From Candidatus Uhrbacteria bacterium (GTDB lineage: Bacteria; Patescibacteriota; Patescibacteriia; UBA9934), in the NCBI GenBank assembly GCA_943359525.1, contig CALRHV010000001.1, positions 82,195 to 146,194 on the forward strand: a DNA stretch of 64,000 bases. The letters are read 5' to 3'. Below are positions 38,458-47,870 of the stretch, piece after piece (position 1 is the stretch's first letter; each line of letters opens with the position of its first letter). The notes under the pieces were generated by a model. The model was not told the DNA's origin, made no database searches, and worked only from the letters and a program-made list of their open reading frames with translations. A program made the translations under genes and the position numbers.

Positions 38458-40974
38458 TTACTTCAAATACTTCCGCAAATACCTCCCGGTGTGGCTTTTT
38501 GTCATGCGAGCAATGTCTTCTGGGGTACCGACGCCGACGACAGTGCCGCCCAAGTCGCCACCTTCTGGGCCCATGTCGATGAGCCAGTCGGCGGTTTTAA
38601 TCACGTCGAGGTTGTGCTCAATGACGATCATCGTGTTTCCTTTGCTAACCAAACGATGAAGAACGTCGAGAAGTTGTTTGACGTCGTCGAAGTGTAAGCC
38701 GGTTGTTGGTTCGTCGAGGAGATACAGCGTCTTTCCTGTTTGTCGCTTTGATAATTCCGATGCCAGTTTCACGCGCTGTGCTTCGCCGCCAGATAATGTT
38801 GCGGCGGACTGACCGAGTGTAACGTACGACAATCCGACCTCGTTCAGCGCCTTCAACTTATCGGCAATCTCGGGAATGTCTTTAAAGAACGGCTCAGCTT
38901 CCTCAATAGTCATGTCGAGCACTTGGCTGATATTCTTTTCTTTGTATACGACCTCGAGTGTTTCGCGATTGAATCGCTTTCCCTTACACACATCGCACAT
39001 CACATACACCGTTGGCAAAAAATGCATTTCGATTTCAATCTCGCCGTGGCCTTCACAGTTTTCACATCGTCCACCGGGAACGTTGAAGCTGAAGCGACCA
39101 GGCTTGTAACCACGGAAGCGAGCTTCTTCTGTCGCAGTGAACAGCTCACGAATCGGCGTCCATGCTCCTGTATATGTTGCCGGATTCGATCGTGATGTTC
39201 TACCGATCGCACCTTGGTCGATAAGAATCGCCTTGTCGATGTATTCCACGCCAAGAACAGACTTCGCTGCACCAGGCGTATCTTTTCCGCCATAAAGCTT
39301 CTTCGCAATCGACTTGTACATCACGTCGTATGCGAGCGTTGACTTTCCCGATCCCGAAACGCCAGTGACGCAAATGAATCGTCGCAACGGAAAATCGACG
39401 TCAATGTTCTTCAGATTGTTTTCGGTTGCACCACGAACCTTGATCGCACCGACCGAGCTGTCACGACGTTCATCGGGGACTTCGATCTTTGCATCGCCAC
39501 GAAGATACGCCGCAGTTCGTGACTTCTTGTTCTGAAACACCTCCGGCGTCTTCCCTTCTGCAACAACATATCCGCCGTGCTTTCCGGCTCCAGGACCAAT
39601 CTCGAGCATATAATCCGATCGACGAATTGTATCCTCGTCGTGTTCGACAACGAGAACAGTGTTGCCGATGTCGCGCAAATGCTCGAGGGTCTCGATAAGG
39701 CGTTCGTTGTCGCGTTGGTGTAGTCCGATCGTTGGTTCGTCGAGAACGTACAGCGCGCCGACTAAACTCGATCCGATCTGCGATGCCAAACGAATACGCT
39801 GTGCTTCGCCACCAGACAACGTTCCCGCGGTTCGATTCAACGTAAGGTAATGCAAACCGACATCGAGCATGAAGGACAATCGCGATTCAACTTCCTTCAA
39901 GATCGTACTCGCGATGGTCCGTTCTCGCTCCGATAATCCGAGTTCGAGGAAGAACGTTACCGCCGCATCGATCGACATTGACGTTACATCAACAATCGAT
40001 TTCCCGGCGATAAAAACGGACAACGCTTCTTTACGCAATCGGTCTCCATGACACGTTTCGCAAGGTTCTGACGAAAAGAGATCTACCGTTCCCAAACCAG
40101 AACATGCAGCACACGCGCCGTATGGACTGTTGAAAGAAAATAACCGAGGCTCGATATCTGGAAACGAGAATCCACACTCAACACAGCTAAATTTGGACGA
40201 CAACAATCGTTCCTCCTTATTCGGCATCACCGCAATTGCCAGATCCGATCCTTGCGCAAGCGCTTTCTCGAGCGCCTCGCTTAATCGTTGACGATCATCT
40301 TTCTTTGGCGCCAAAAGCGAGCTCGCCGGCAACGTATCGATGACGACTTCAATAGTGTGCTGCTTGTATCGTGAAAGTTCGATCTTCTCACTCAAGCGAT
40401 GAAGCTTCCCATCTACACGGACCTTCGCAAAACCGCTATTGTAAAGATCGTACAAGAGCTGGTAGTACTCCCCTTTTCGTCCACGGATGATCGGCGCAAG
40501 AATCAATACTTCGTCCCCCGATTTCAACTTCGCGATTCCCTCAACATCGCGAATAACGATATCGGACATTTCATCAACGGTGAGCTTCTCAATCTTCTTA
40601 TGACAATTCGGGCAGAACGGAACACCGATTCTGGCATAGAGCACGCGAAGGTAATCGTAGATCTCCGTAATCGTCGCGATCGTGCTTCGTGGATTTCGTG
40701 AATGTGCCTTCTGGTCGATACTGATCGCTGGCGATAATCCCTCAATCTCATCAACGTCCGGCTTTTGCATCTGCCCCAAGAATTGTCGAGCGTACGCCGA
40801 CAACGATTCCACGTAACGGCGCTGGCCCTCCGCAAAAATCGTATCAAACGCCAAACTCGACTTCCCACTTCCAGAAAGTCCCGTAATACAAATCATCTGG
40901 TTCCGCGGAAGCGACACCGTAATATTCTTGAGGTTGTGCTGACGCGCGCCTTTGACAACAATGTGATTGAGCAT
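38458..40974 (-). CDS. uvrA: excinuclease ABC subunit A (short form)
   Basis: 838 aa; two ABC ATPase modules (GLSGSGKSS, GVSGSGKST), LSGGEAQR signatures and zinc-finger Cys pairs. Confidence 0.9.
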   Translation of the reverse strand: MLNHIVVKGARQHNLKNITVSLPRNQMICITGLSGSGKSSLAFDTIFAEGQRRYVESLSAYARQFLGQMQKPDVDEIEGLSPAISIDQKAHSRNPRSTIATITEIYDYLRVLYARIGVPFCPNCHKKIEKLTVDEMSDIVIRDVEGIAKLKSGDEVLILAPIIRGRKGEYYQLLYDLYNSGFAKVRVDGKLHRLSEKIELSRYKQHTIEVVIDTLPASSLLAPKKDDRQRLSEALEKALAQGSDLAIAVMPNKEERLLSSKFSCVECGFSFPDIEPRLFSFNSPYGACAACSGLGTVDLFSSEPCETCHGDRLRKEALSVFIAGKSIVDVTSMSIDAAVTFFLELGLSERERTIASTILKEVESRLSFMLDVGLHYLTLNRTAGTLSGGEAQRIRLASQIGSSLVGALYVLDEPTIGLHQRDNERLIETLEHLRDIGNTVLVVEHDEDTIRRSDYMLEIGPGAGKHGGYVVAEGKTPEVFQNKKSRTAAYLRGDAKIEVPDERRDSSVGAIKVRGATENNLKNIDVDFPLRRFICVTGVSGSGKSTLAYDVMYKSIAKKLYGGKDTPGAAKSVLGVEYIDKAILIDQGAIGRTSRSNPATYTGAWTPIRELFTATEEARFRGYKPGRFSFNVPGGRCENCEGHGEIEIEMHFLPTVYVMCDVCKGKRFNRETLEVVYKEKNISQVLDMTIEEAEPFFKDIPEIADKLKALNEVGLSYVTLGQSAATLSGGEAQRVKLASELSKRQTGKTLYLLDEPTTGLHFDDVKQLLDVLHRLVSKGNTMIVIEHNLDVIKTADWLIDMGPEGGDLGGTVVGVGTPEDIARMTKSHTGRYLRKYLK

Positions 40975-40983
40975 AGTGGTGTT

Positions 40984-43095
40984 TTACGTTCTCCGAGATC
41001 GTTTTTCCTTCTTTCCCTTCTTCATTCCCAACAGCTCCTTGCTCAACAACGCGATCTCGTCTCGCAGAATCGCCGCAGTCTCGAACAACAGGTTCGCCGA
41101 CGCTTTGTCCATTTCAATCTCCTTCTCACGAATTGCTTCTTCAATCTCAACCGGGGTCGCGCTGATTTCGATGTTCAGAATCTTCGAGGTGTCGGCTTCG
41201 AAGTTTCTGTCGAGTTCTGCGCGAATGTCTTTAATCGTTTTAATGATCGTCTGCGGCGTGATGCTGTGTTTGACGTTGTGTGCAATTTGGATGTTGCGAC
41301 GACGTTCGGTTTCTTTCAGCGCCCTGTCGAGCGATCCCGTCATCTTGTCGGCATACAGAACGACCAAGCCGTTGATGTTTCGCGCAGCACGACCGATGGT
41401 TTGAATGAGCGAGGTTTCCGATCGCAGGAAGCCTTCCTTGTCCGCGTCGAGCACGCCGATGAGTGACACCTCAGGAAGATCGAGCCCCTCACGAAGCAAG
41501 TTCACTCCGACGACAACGTCGTATGTTCCCTTTCGCAACTCAGTGAGAATCGTAATCCGATCGAGCGTTTCGACATCGGAATGGAGATACGCCACTTTCA
41601 TGCCGCCTTCTTTCAGGTACGCTGTTAAATCCTCGGCCATCTTTTTTGTGAGCGTGGTGACGAGTGCGCGTTCGCCTTTGGTGACACGATCTTTGATGCG
41701 TTCGGTGATGTCGGAGACTTGGCCGGGGAAGCCCCCTCCAACTCCCCCATAAATGGGGGAGAGGTTATCACCGAGCGGCCCCCCTCCATTTATGGAGGGG
41801 CTGGGGGAGGCGAGCGTCGCCGTCACCGGCAATACCAATGTCTCTGGGTCGACTAAACCGGTTGGACGAATGATTTGCTCAACAATCTGCTCCGATGTTT
41901 CTTTTTCGACGACTCCCGGTGTTGCAGATACGTACACGGTTTGACCGATCGTTTTATCGAACTCTTGGTACGTAAGCGGTCGATTATCCTTCGCCGATGG
42001 GAGACGGAAACCGAAATCAACGAGCGTTTGTTTTCGCGCCTGATCACCAGCGAACATTCCGCCAATCTGTGGGAGCGTGACGTGTGATTCGTCGATGATG
42101 GTAAGAAAATCTTTCGGAAAGTATGACAGCAACGTGTGTGCCGGTTCACCAACACGACGTCCATCAAAGTGACGTGAATAGTTTTCAATACCACTGCAAT
42201 ACCCAACGTTCCGAATCATCTCGATATCGTATCGCGTTCGTCGCATGAGGCGCTCCGATTCTAAAAGCTTCCCTTCTTTCTCGAACTCCCTCAAACGATC
42301 CGCGAGCTCGTTCTCGATGTCGCGAATTGCCCGTTCACGCTCGGCGCTATCGGACATGAAATGCTTCGCCGGAAAGAACCACGCGTCCTCGTTCTGTGTG
42401 ATGATCTTTCGCGTAACCTTATTCAACGAAAAAATCTCACGCACCGCGTTTCCTTCAATCACAATCCGATACACGATTTCATCACTCGGCGGCATGACTT
42501 CGATAACGTCGCCATTTGCGCGAAAGTGGCCACGAGTAAGATCGGCATTCGTGCGTTCGTACTGCATCGAAACAAGCTGACGAAGAAAGTCTGCACGATC
42601 GATCCGGTCGCCGACTCGCATATGAAGCACCTCGCGTTTGTATGCTTCCGGCGAACCTAATCCATAAATACAGCTCACCGAGGCAACGACGATCACATCG
42701 CGACGGGATAAAAGAGATTGCGTTGCGGCATGGCGAAGGCGATCGATCTCCTCGTTGATCTGCGCGTCCTTCTCAATATACGTGTCTGTTCGCGGCATGT
42801 ACGCCTCTGGCTGGTAGTAGTCGTAATACGAAACGAAGTAGGAAACGGCATTGTCAGGAAAAAACTCGCGGAACTCGGAACAGAGCTGCGCGGCGAGGGT
42901 TTTGTTGTGCGCAATCACCAACGTTGGCTTCTGCACATTTTGAATAACATTCGCCATGGTAAACGTCTTTCCCGAACCCGTCACCCCAAGCAACGTCTGC
43001 CGATGCAAGCCGTCGTTGATGCCGTCCGTCAGATCGGCAATGGCTTTCGGCTGATCACCGGCTGGAGAATATTTTGAGACGAGATTGAAGGGCAT
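40984..43095 (-). CDS. uvrB: excinuclease ABC subunit B with an in-frame insertion of a G5-hairpin repeat
   Basis: Walker A GVTGSGKT, DESH, helicase C domain; the stretch LASPSPSINGGGPLGDNLSPIYGGVGGGFPG after RPTG is encoded by the repeat at 41731..41810; start taken at MPFNL (43095). Confidence 0.9.
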   Translation of the reverse strand: MPFNLVSKYSPAGDQPKAIADLTDGINDGLHRQTLLGVTGSGKTFTMANVIQNVQKPTLVIAHNKTLAAQLCSEFREFFPDNAVSYFVSYYDYYQPEAYMPRTDTYIEKDAQINEEIDRLRHAATQSLLSRRDVIVVASVSCIYGLGSPEAYKREVLHMRVGDRIDRADFLRQLVSMQYERTNADLTRGHFRANGDVIEVMPPSDEIVYRIVIEGNAVREIFSLNKVTRKIITQNEDAWFFPAKHFMSDSAERERAIRDIENELADRLREFEKEGKLLESERLMRRTRYDIEMIRNVGYCSGIENYSRHFDGRRVGEPAHTLLSYFPKDFLTIIDESHVTLPQIGGMFAGDQARKQTLVDFGFRLPSAKDNRPLTYQEFDKTIGQTVYVSATPGVVEKETSEQIVEQIIRPTGLVDPETLVLPVTATLASPSPSINGGGPLGDNLSPIYGGVGGGFPGQVSDITERIKDRVTKGERALVTTLTKKMAEDLTAYLKEGGMKVAYLHSDVETLDRITILTELRKGTYDVVVGVNLLREGLDLPEVSLIGVLDADKEGFLRSETSLIQTIGRAARNINGLVVLYADKMTGSLDRALKETERRRNIQIAHNVKHSITPQTIIKTIKDIRAELDRNFEADTSKILNIEISATPVEIEEAIREKEIEMDKASANLLFETAAILRDEIALLSKELLGMKKGKKEKRSRRT
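41731..41810. repeat. family (iii) G5/C5 hairpin repeat inside the uvrB coding sequence
   Basis: CCCCCTCCAACTCCCCCATAAATGGGGGAGAGG...CCCCTCCATTTATGGAGGGGCTGGGGGAGG: two palindromic hairpins. Confidence 0.85.
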
Positions 43096-43174
43096 ACATC
43101 TGTGGATTATTTCATTGACGAAAAACGGTATCTCTAGTATATTCTTTGTATTCACCAAGAAAGAGACCCTTATA

Positions 43175-43215
43175 CGGATAAGTCCGTATCGGGGGCTCTT
43201 TTATTTTTATCTTGT
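43175..43215. terminator. strong hairpin plus T-tract (terminator-like) in the AT-rich uvrB/NYN spacer
   Basis: GAGACCCTTATACGGATAAGTCCGTATCGGGGGCTC followed by TTTTATTTTTATC on the plus strand. Confidence 0.5.
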
Positions 43216-43342
43216 GAAATCTTGTATTTTACATCCTCAAGATACACGATCGATGCTCCAGTCCTTTTCAATAATAGAGAACATTTATTTTGAGGGGCTG
43301 GTGATAGAATCGTACAATTCACACTCTTTTCCTGCCAAAACT

Positions 43343-43735
43343 TCACAAGAGAACATAATCACCATCGCTCGAAATTAACAAAACACGATCAACTTTTTCC
43401 TCAAAATGATCCCGCACAGCTCGTAATACAAGATCAGCATCACAGTTTCCCTTTGCTTTTCCAGTTCCATCAAAGACAACTTCTTTAAAAACAAGGGTAA
43501 ATTCTGCTTTCCTTAAAAAGAGATATAAATTTGAATATCTCTCAACCATACCAATAAAAATATACGCAATTTGCACGTTATATTTCTGACGGATCCATGC
43601 ACGAAATCGTCGATAATCCAAAACCCAGCCCAAATCGGAGATGCTTTTGTGAAGATTCGCGCCATCAATATAGGCAATCGATCGCGATTGACCCTCTGTT
43701 TTGAGATGAAGTTTTGAGTCGGAATCGATATTCAT
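43343..43735 (-). CDS. NYN/LabA-like PIN-fold domain protein, apparently C-terminally truncated
   Basis: IDGANL ... KGNCDADLVL ... ISSDGDYVLL then a stop; lies in an AT-rich segment. Confidence 0.55.
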   Translation of the reverse strand: MNIDSDSKLHLKTEGQSRSIAYIDGANLHKSISDLGWVLDYRRFRAWIRQKYNVQIAYIFIGMVERYSNLYLFLRKAEFTLVFKEVVFDGTGKAKGNCDADLVLRAVRDHFEEKVDRVLLISSDGDYVLL

Positions 43736-43887
43736 ACAGAAAAGTCGCCCCGGAGTTGGCCTCTAGGGGTACGTGTAAGAGAATGTATTTCTAGCATACC
43801 AAACAAACGCCGAACGTGGAATGGCTTGTCCACACCAACCGTCGATGACCCGCGATAGAATAGTCCTATCTTTAGCCTCTCCTTTTT

Positions 43888-44691
43888 ATGTTCAGCGAAA
43901 CACACGCGAAGCTTTTTAAAAAGATTGTTGAACCCGTGCATGATGACGGCGAGTTCAATTATGAACGATGGGAGGTCACCGCAAGTATGCTGTGTACATT
44001 CCTGGGTATTCTCCGAGGGATCACTGAAGGCGACTTCTCGGCGGAAGGACGAGCTCGTGCGCTTGCCGCATCCGAGCTTGAATTTCGAACGCTTGAGGAT
44101 TGTTTTCCCGATGAAGAGCGTCAGCGTGTTCGCGACGTAATTGCTGGCTTGGGCACATCGAATCCAAAAAGCGAAGATTTTTTGCGCGAGGCTATTGGCG
44201 ACAGAATTCGTTTCGCGAACAATCAGATCGTCGGCACCGCACCGTCAGAAGAGGTTCGCGACGAAAAGGACGCAACACGACAGGCGATAGGAGACAAGCC
44301 CACCCCGGCACACCTTTGGCTCAAAGGCCTTGAGGCAAGGGAGATTTCAGACTGTCTCGGATTCATCCTTGATGATCCAACTACGCCTGCGCGTCCCGCA
44401 GATGTGTTCTCTTCAATCGGAGCCCTGCAGCGTTTGCTCGTTATCGTAGAAAAGCTTCGCGAACGCATTGACGACGGCTCCATTCCTGTTGCAGATCGCG
44501 ATACCGACGAGTGCGTTGCGCAGATTGGCGCCGCTCGCAACTCCGTCATTCGCTCCCTCATCCCGATCAATGAAGACACCGCCACCACCAGCGTTCCCGC
44601 CTTCGATGCTGCGATTTTAGACCTTAGCGCGCTCGACAACGCCTGGGACATTGCCGGCTGGCTTTCGGACGTGAAAATGCGAAGCGTCTAG
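43888..44691 (+). CDS. hypothetical protein (GC-rich block)
   Basis: 267-aa acidic ORF. Confidence 0.4.
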   Translation: MFSETHAKLFKKIVEPVHDDGEFNYERWEVTASMLCTFLGILRGITEGDFSAEGRARALAASELEFRTLEDCFPDEERQRVRDVIAGLGTSNPKSEDFLREAIGDRIRFANNQIVGTAPSEEVRDEKDATRQAIGDKPTPAHLWLKGLEAREISDCLGFILDDPTTPARPADVFSSIGALQRLLVIVEKLRERIDDGSIPVADRDTDECVAQIGAARNSVIRSLIPINEDTATTSVPAFDAAILDLSALDNAWDIAGWLSDVKMRSV

Positions 44692-44764
44692 CCAAAACAG
44701 CAGGATTCTGCTACATTTTCTTGTCCACGCACTCCCGCGTGGCGACACCTTCCTGGGTTCACAC

Positions 44765-45416
44765 ATGACAACCGCCAAAGTCTTTTCAAATGCATCGGCC
44801 ACCACGGCTCATGCCGAAAGCCTTCAGAACGCACTCGCAAGTCACATCGTCGCTCGCGGCGATACTCCGCTCACCGCGGACAGCATCGCGAAAGTGATCG
44901 TCTCCCAGTTCACGGACCACAACAATCCCAACGTCCTCGCGGCGAAGGTGATTTTGTACATGTGGTTCAAAGACGGCACGGCGCTCCACCGCATCGGCCA
45001 GAAGGAGCAGATCATGATCGCCGAAGAACTCCGTTGGAGCTTCCAGCCGGCAGAAGGATCGGGGCACGTTACCGTCGGCGTGGAATGGCTCGAAGGCTTG
45101 CTCCTGGAACGCGAACGTCTCACCAATCTCCTCGTGGAATGCGGGCAGACAGACGCGCTATTCAAGGAGGTGGTGAACGGCCCGAAGAGCGATAACCCCG
45201 CGCTGTTCAAGTCCGTCGAAACGCTGAACCTCCCGGTCCGTGTACAAAATGGGTTGATCAACTGCAGAATCGATCTCATCTGGCAACTCGTGGAAAAGAC
45301 GGAGAGCGAACTTGAGGGGCTTCGGTCCGACTTACGTAGTCCACATCGTCCGCGCACTCGGCGAGGAAGGACTCAAGCTCAGCACAAACCTGGGACCGCT
45401 CTTCCACAGGCGATGA
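44765..45416 (+). pseudogene. protein with a C-terminal RNA-polymerase alpha-CTD-like HhH domain, interrupted by a +1 frameshift in a GGGG run near 45316
   Basis: Frame 1 ends ...LNLPVRVQNGLINCRIDLIWQLVEKTESELEG; the +1 frame continues FGPTYVVHIVRALGEEGLKLSTNLGPLFHRR-stop, matching the end of alpha-CTD. The tail of the original frame is Arg-rich junk running into a family (i) repeat. Confidence 0.45.
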
Positions 45417-45526
45417 CCACAGTCACGATCACCCCACGACGGGCCGCCCACCAGCGGCTCGTTTGCGTTTTGGCGTGTTACAATCGAGGACGAAACTCAT
45501 CTTCTCCGTTTTCCTTAACATTTCCC

Positions 45527-45553
45527 TTGGATCCCCGCTTTCGCGAGGATGAC
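45527..45553. repeat. family (i) hairpin repeat (slightly degenerate)
   Basis: TTGGATCCCCGCTTTCGCGAGGATGAC. Confidence 0.7.
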
Positions 45554-45582
45554 TAAATATATACAATTTCGGCTCTGAATAT

Positions 45583-46467
45583 ATGCGATTTCGGCTTTTC
45601 CAAAATTTGAACAGACTGCGAATGGTGAATGATATTTGCCCGTTGCCGGGGTTCCCAAGCCACGATCCGTTTGCGTGGAAGGGTGCAGCATCGCAGTCAC
45701 GATTTCCGATGATTGAGCATACAAATGGGTATACGGTGACAGATTTTCGAAATCGATTCATCACGTGGCATCGCACGTTCACGAAGGATCACGATGTTCC
45801 AAAACTTTCATCGAAGAGCTGGGTTCACATTCACGAATGGATTCCGCCAACTGAGCCGTCGCGCTCCGTGATCGATCGTCTCAACAGTGAAGGACGATCG
45901 TTTCATGCGTTTTCGATGAATCATTTTGAGGCACTCACCATACTCACACCTGAACCGACCAAGCTGTGGAGTTCGCAGGCACGCCGCCATCTTTCATCGG
46001 CAAGGAAGAATGCTGATCTCGAACTTCGCATTGGCACGATCGACGAGATTGCGAGCATGTTGCCGACCTCGCAAGTTCCGAAATCGCTTCACACCACATT
46101 CCTCGATTTCGCGAAACGCCACATCGCTGCGCACCCGCAAGACGTCGAGGTGCTCATCGCGACACTCAGCGACCAGCCCGTCGCTGGGTTCATCGCCGGA
46201 TATTGCCTCGAGGCAAGCGAGAGCTCATACCTTGTTGGATGTTTTACGGGCGAGGGCGGAAAAGCACACGCAATGGTAGCGCTCGTGGCGTGGTGGTTTG
46301 AACGATGCACAGAACGCGGAATGCTGCACGCAAACTTTGGCGACATCGTCGGCCCATATCCGTTCCCCTTTGACGATATGATCGGCTACTCCAACTTTAA
46401 AACGCATTTCAACATTCACCGCGTCTGGATGCCAGGAAGCCGATGGAAGATTTCGCTATCGATGTAA
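45583..46467 (+). CDS. hypothetical protein, possibly a GNAT-fold (FemAB/BioF2-like) acyltransferase
   Basis: 294 aa; C-terminal VAGFIAGYCLE...YLVGCFTGEGGKAHAM pattern; weak. Confidence 0.35.
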   Translation: MRFRLFQNLNRLRMVNDICPLPGFPSHDPFAWKGAASQSRFPMIEHTNGYTVTDFRNRFITWHRTFTKDHDVPKLSSKSWVHIHEWIPPTEPSRSVIDRLNSEGRSFHAFSMNHFEALTILTPEPTKLWSSQARRHLSSARKNADLELRIGTIDEIASMLPTSQVPKSLHTTFLDFAKRHIAAHPQDVEVLIATLSDQPVAGFIAGYCLEASESSYLVGCFTGEGGKAHAMVALVAWWFERCTERGMLHANFGDIVGPYPFPFDDMIGYSNFKTHFNIHRVWMPGSRWKISLSM

Positions 46468-46899
46468 TCCTTTGACGACGTCCCTTTCAAGATCGGCAAG
46501 ATCGAGACCTTTCTCCATCCGCGACAACTCCGATCCGTTAAGCTCCTTCACCAACAATTTCCGTTCAATGCGTTCGATCATTTTCAGAATTTGTGTAATT
46601 TCCTGCTCGGAAGTGACGTTCACCTGGAAGTCGAGCTCTTCACGAAGATCGGCAATTTTTGCGGCACGATTCTGGCTGATCAGCACAATCACCGAAAGAA
46701 ATATCGCCTCCAGCGACACCACCATCGTCAGCATGCCGTACGGATACGGATCAAACGGCTTGAAGCCAGGAATCGCATTCGAATTTACCGCAATCCACGC
46801 AAGGAACAATGCAATATTCACGATAAGGAACACAATCGTTCCAATCGAATCCGTTAAAAAATCCGCAACGCGCTCGCTCATGCTGCGCCTACGATTCAT
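46456..46899 (-). CDS. DUF1003-family membrane protein
   Basis: FKPFDPYPYGMLTMVVSLEAIFLSVIVLISQNR signature; start taken at MNRRRSMSE. Confidence 0.65.
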   Translation of the reverse strand: MNRRRSMSERVADFLTDSIGTIVFLIVNIALFLAWIAVNSNAIPGFKPFDPYPYGMLTMVVSLEAIFLSVIVLISQNRAAKIADLREELDFQVNVTSEQEITQILKMIERIERKLLVKELNGSELSRMEKGLDLADLERDVVKGLHR

Positions 46900-47072
46900 T
46901 CCTGCAGAAAACACCGGCATGCGCCGTTTTACCCCGCGAACCGTGGTTCGTCCCCTCCTATGCTGTGGCATATACAAAAAGTATATCACGGCACGTCGTT
47001 CGCGAACGACGTGTCACGTGACAAATACTCAATATTCTGCTATTGTTTCGTGGCTCAACCCACAGGAGCTTC

Positions 47073-47807
47073 ATGGTTTTTCCCTCCGAGATCCCACCGC
47101 AACCGCCCACCACGTTCTCTCATCGTGTCGCCGTCGCCAACATCGCAACTCCCTGTTTCCTCATCGGCCATCCAGATCCGTTCGTTCTAAGCATCATGAA
47201 CGACGGTGCCAGGAAGGCTGGCCGTATCGAGTTCGGTGCAATCGGTGGCGGCGCGCTCATCACCCAAGCTGGGTGTGAGGAACTCCGCACCATCGCTCCA
47301 ACCGCATTCGAGGTTCACGATGACGGCGTTCAGCTCGACGCGCGCATGACGTTCCAGGTCCCGAGTGAAGATCAGATCCCCCAGATTCTCAACGCATTCC
47401 TTCGAGCCGTTCTCGAATGGGCGCGGGACAGCGATTCTCGAAAGATCGAGCTCGACATCACTCGCGAATTCATCGAAGAGCTCGTGGACGACGATCCCGC
47501 GATTCTCTCCATGGCGCAGCTCGCGAGCATCCGGACTCGCCTCATCGGCTGGAAGTACGGAACAATCCGACAGTCCAACCGCGGAGGACTGCGTGTCCTC
47601 ACGACGCCGATGTACCTGTGTCATGAAGTCGTTTTCGAAGACGAAGGCGTCCTCAACGCACTTCTACGCGATCCGTTTGGCCGGGTGAAACGCGTCTCCC
47701 TTGAGGAGCTCGCTACCACGAACGGTGGGCGATGTGAAGGACGCACCAAAGACGGACACGTGCTCTTCACGAACTTGTTCGAACCGGGATACATCCGACT
47801 GCTGTAA
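47073..47807 (+). CDS. hypothetical protein
   Basis: ORF trimmed to an ATG preceded by AGGAGC; followed by a strong terminator. Confidence 0.45.
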   Translation: MVFPSEIPPQPPTTFSHRVAVANIATPCFLIGHPDPFVLSIMNDGARKAGRIEFGAIGGGALITQAGCEELRTIAPTAFEVHDDGVQLDARMTFQVPSEDQIPQILNAFLRAVLEWARDSDSRKIELDITREFIEELVDDDPAILSMAQLASIRTRLIGWKYGTIRQSNRGGLRVLTTPMYLCHEVVFEDEGVLNALLRDPFGRVKRVSLEELATTNGGRCEGRTKDGHVLFTNLFEPGYIRLL

Positions 47808-47821
47808 GTCACGACGACGAA

Positions 47822-47870
47822 AGAGGCTCCTGGTCCCACACGGTGGACCAGGAGCCTCTCTGCATTTTTA
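47822..47870. terminator. bidirectional rho-independent terminator
   Basis: AGAGGCTCCTGGTCC-cacacggt-GGACCAGGAGCCTCT then CTGCATTTTT: a 15-bp perfect stem between convergent genes. Confidence 0.8.
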
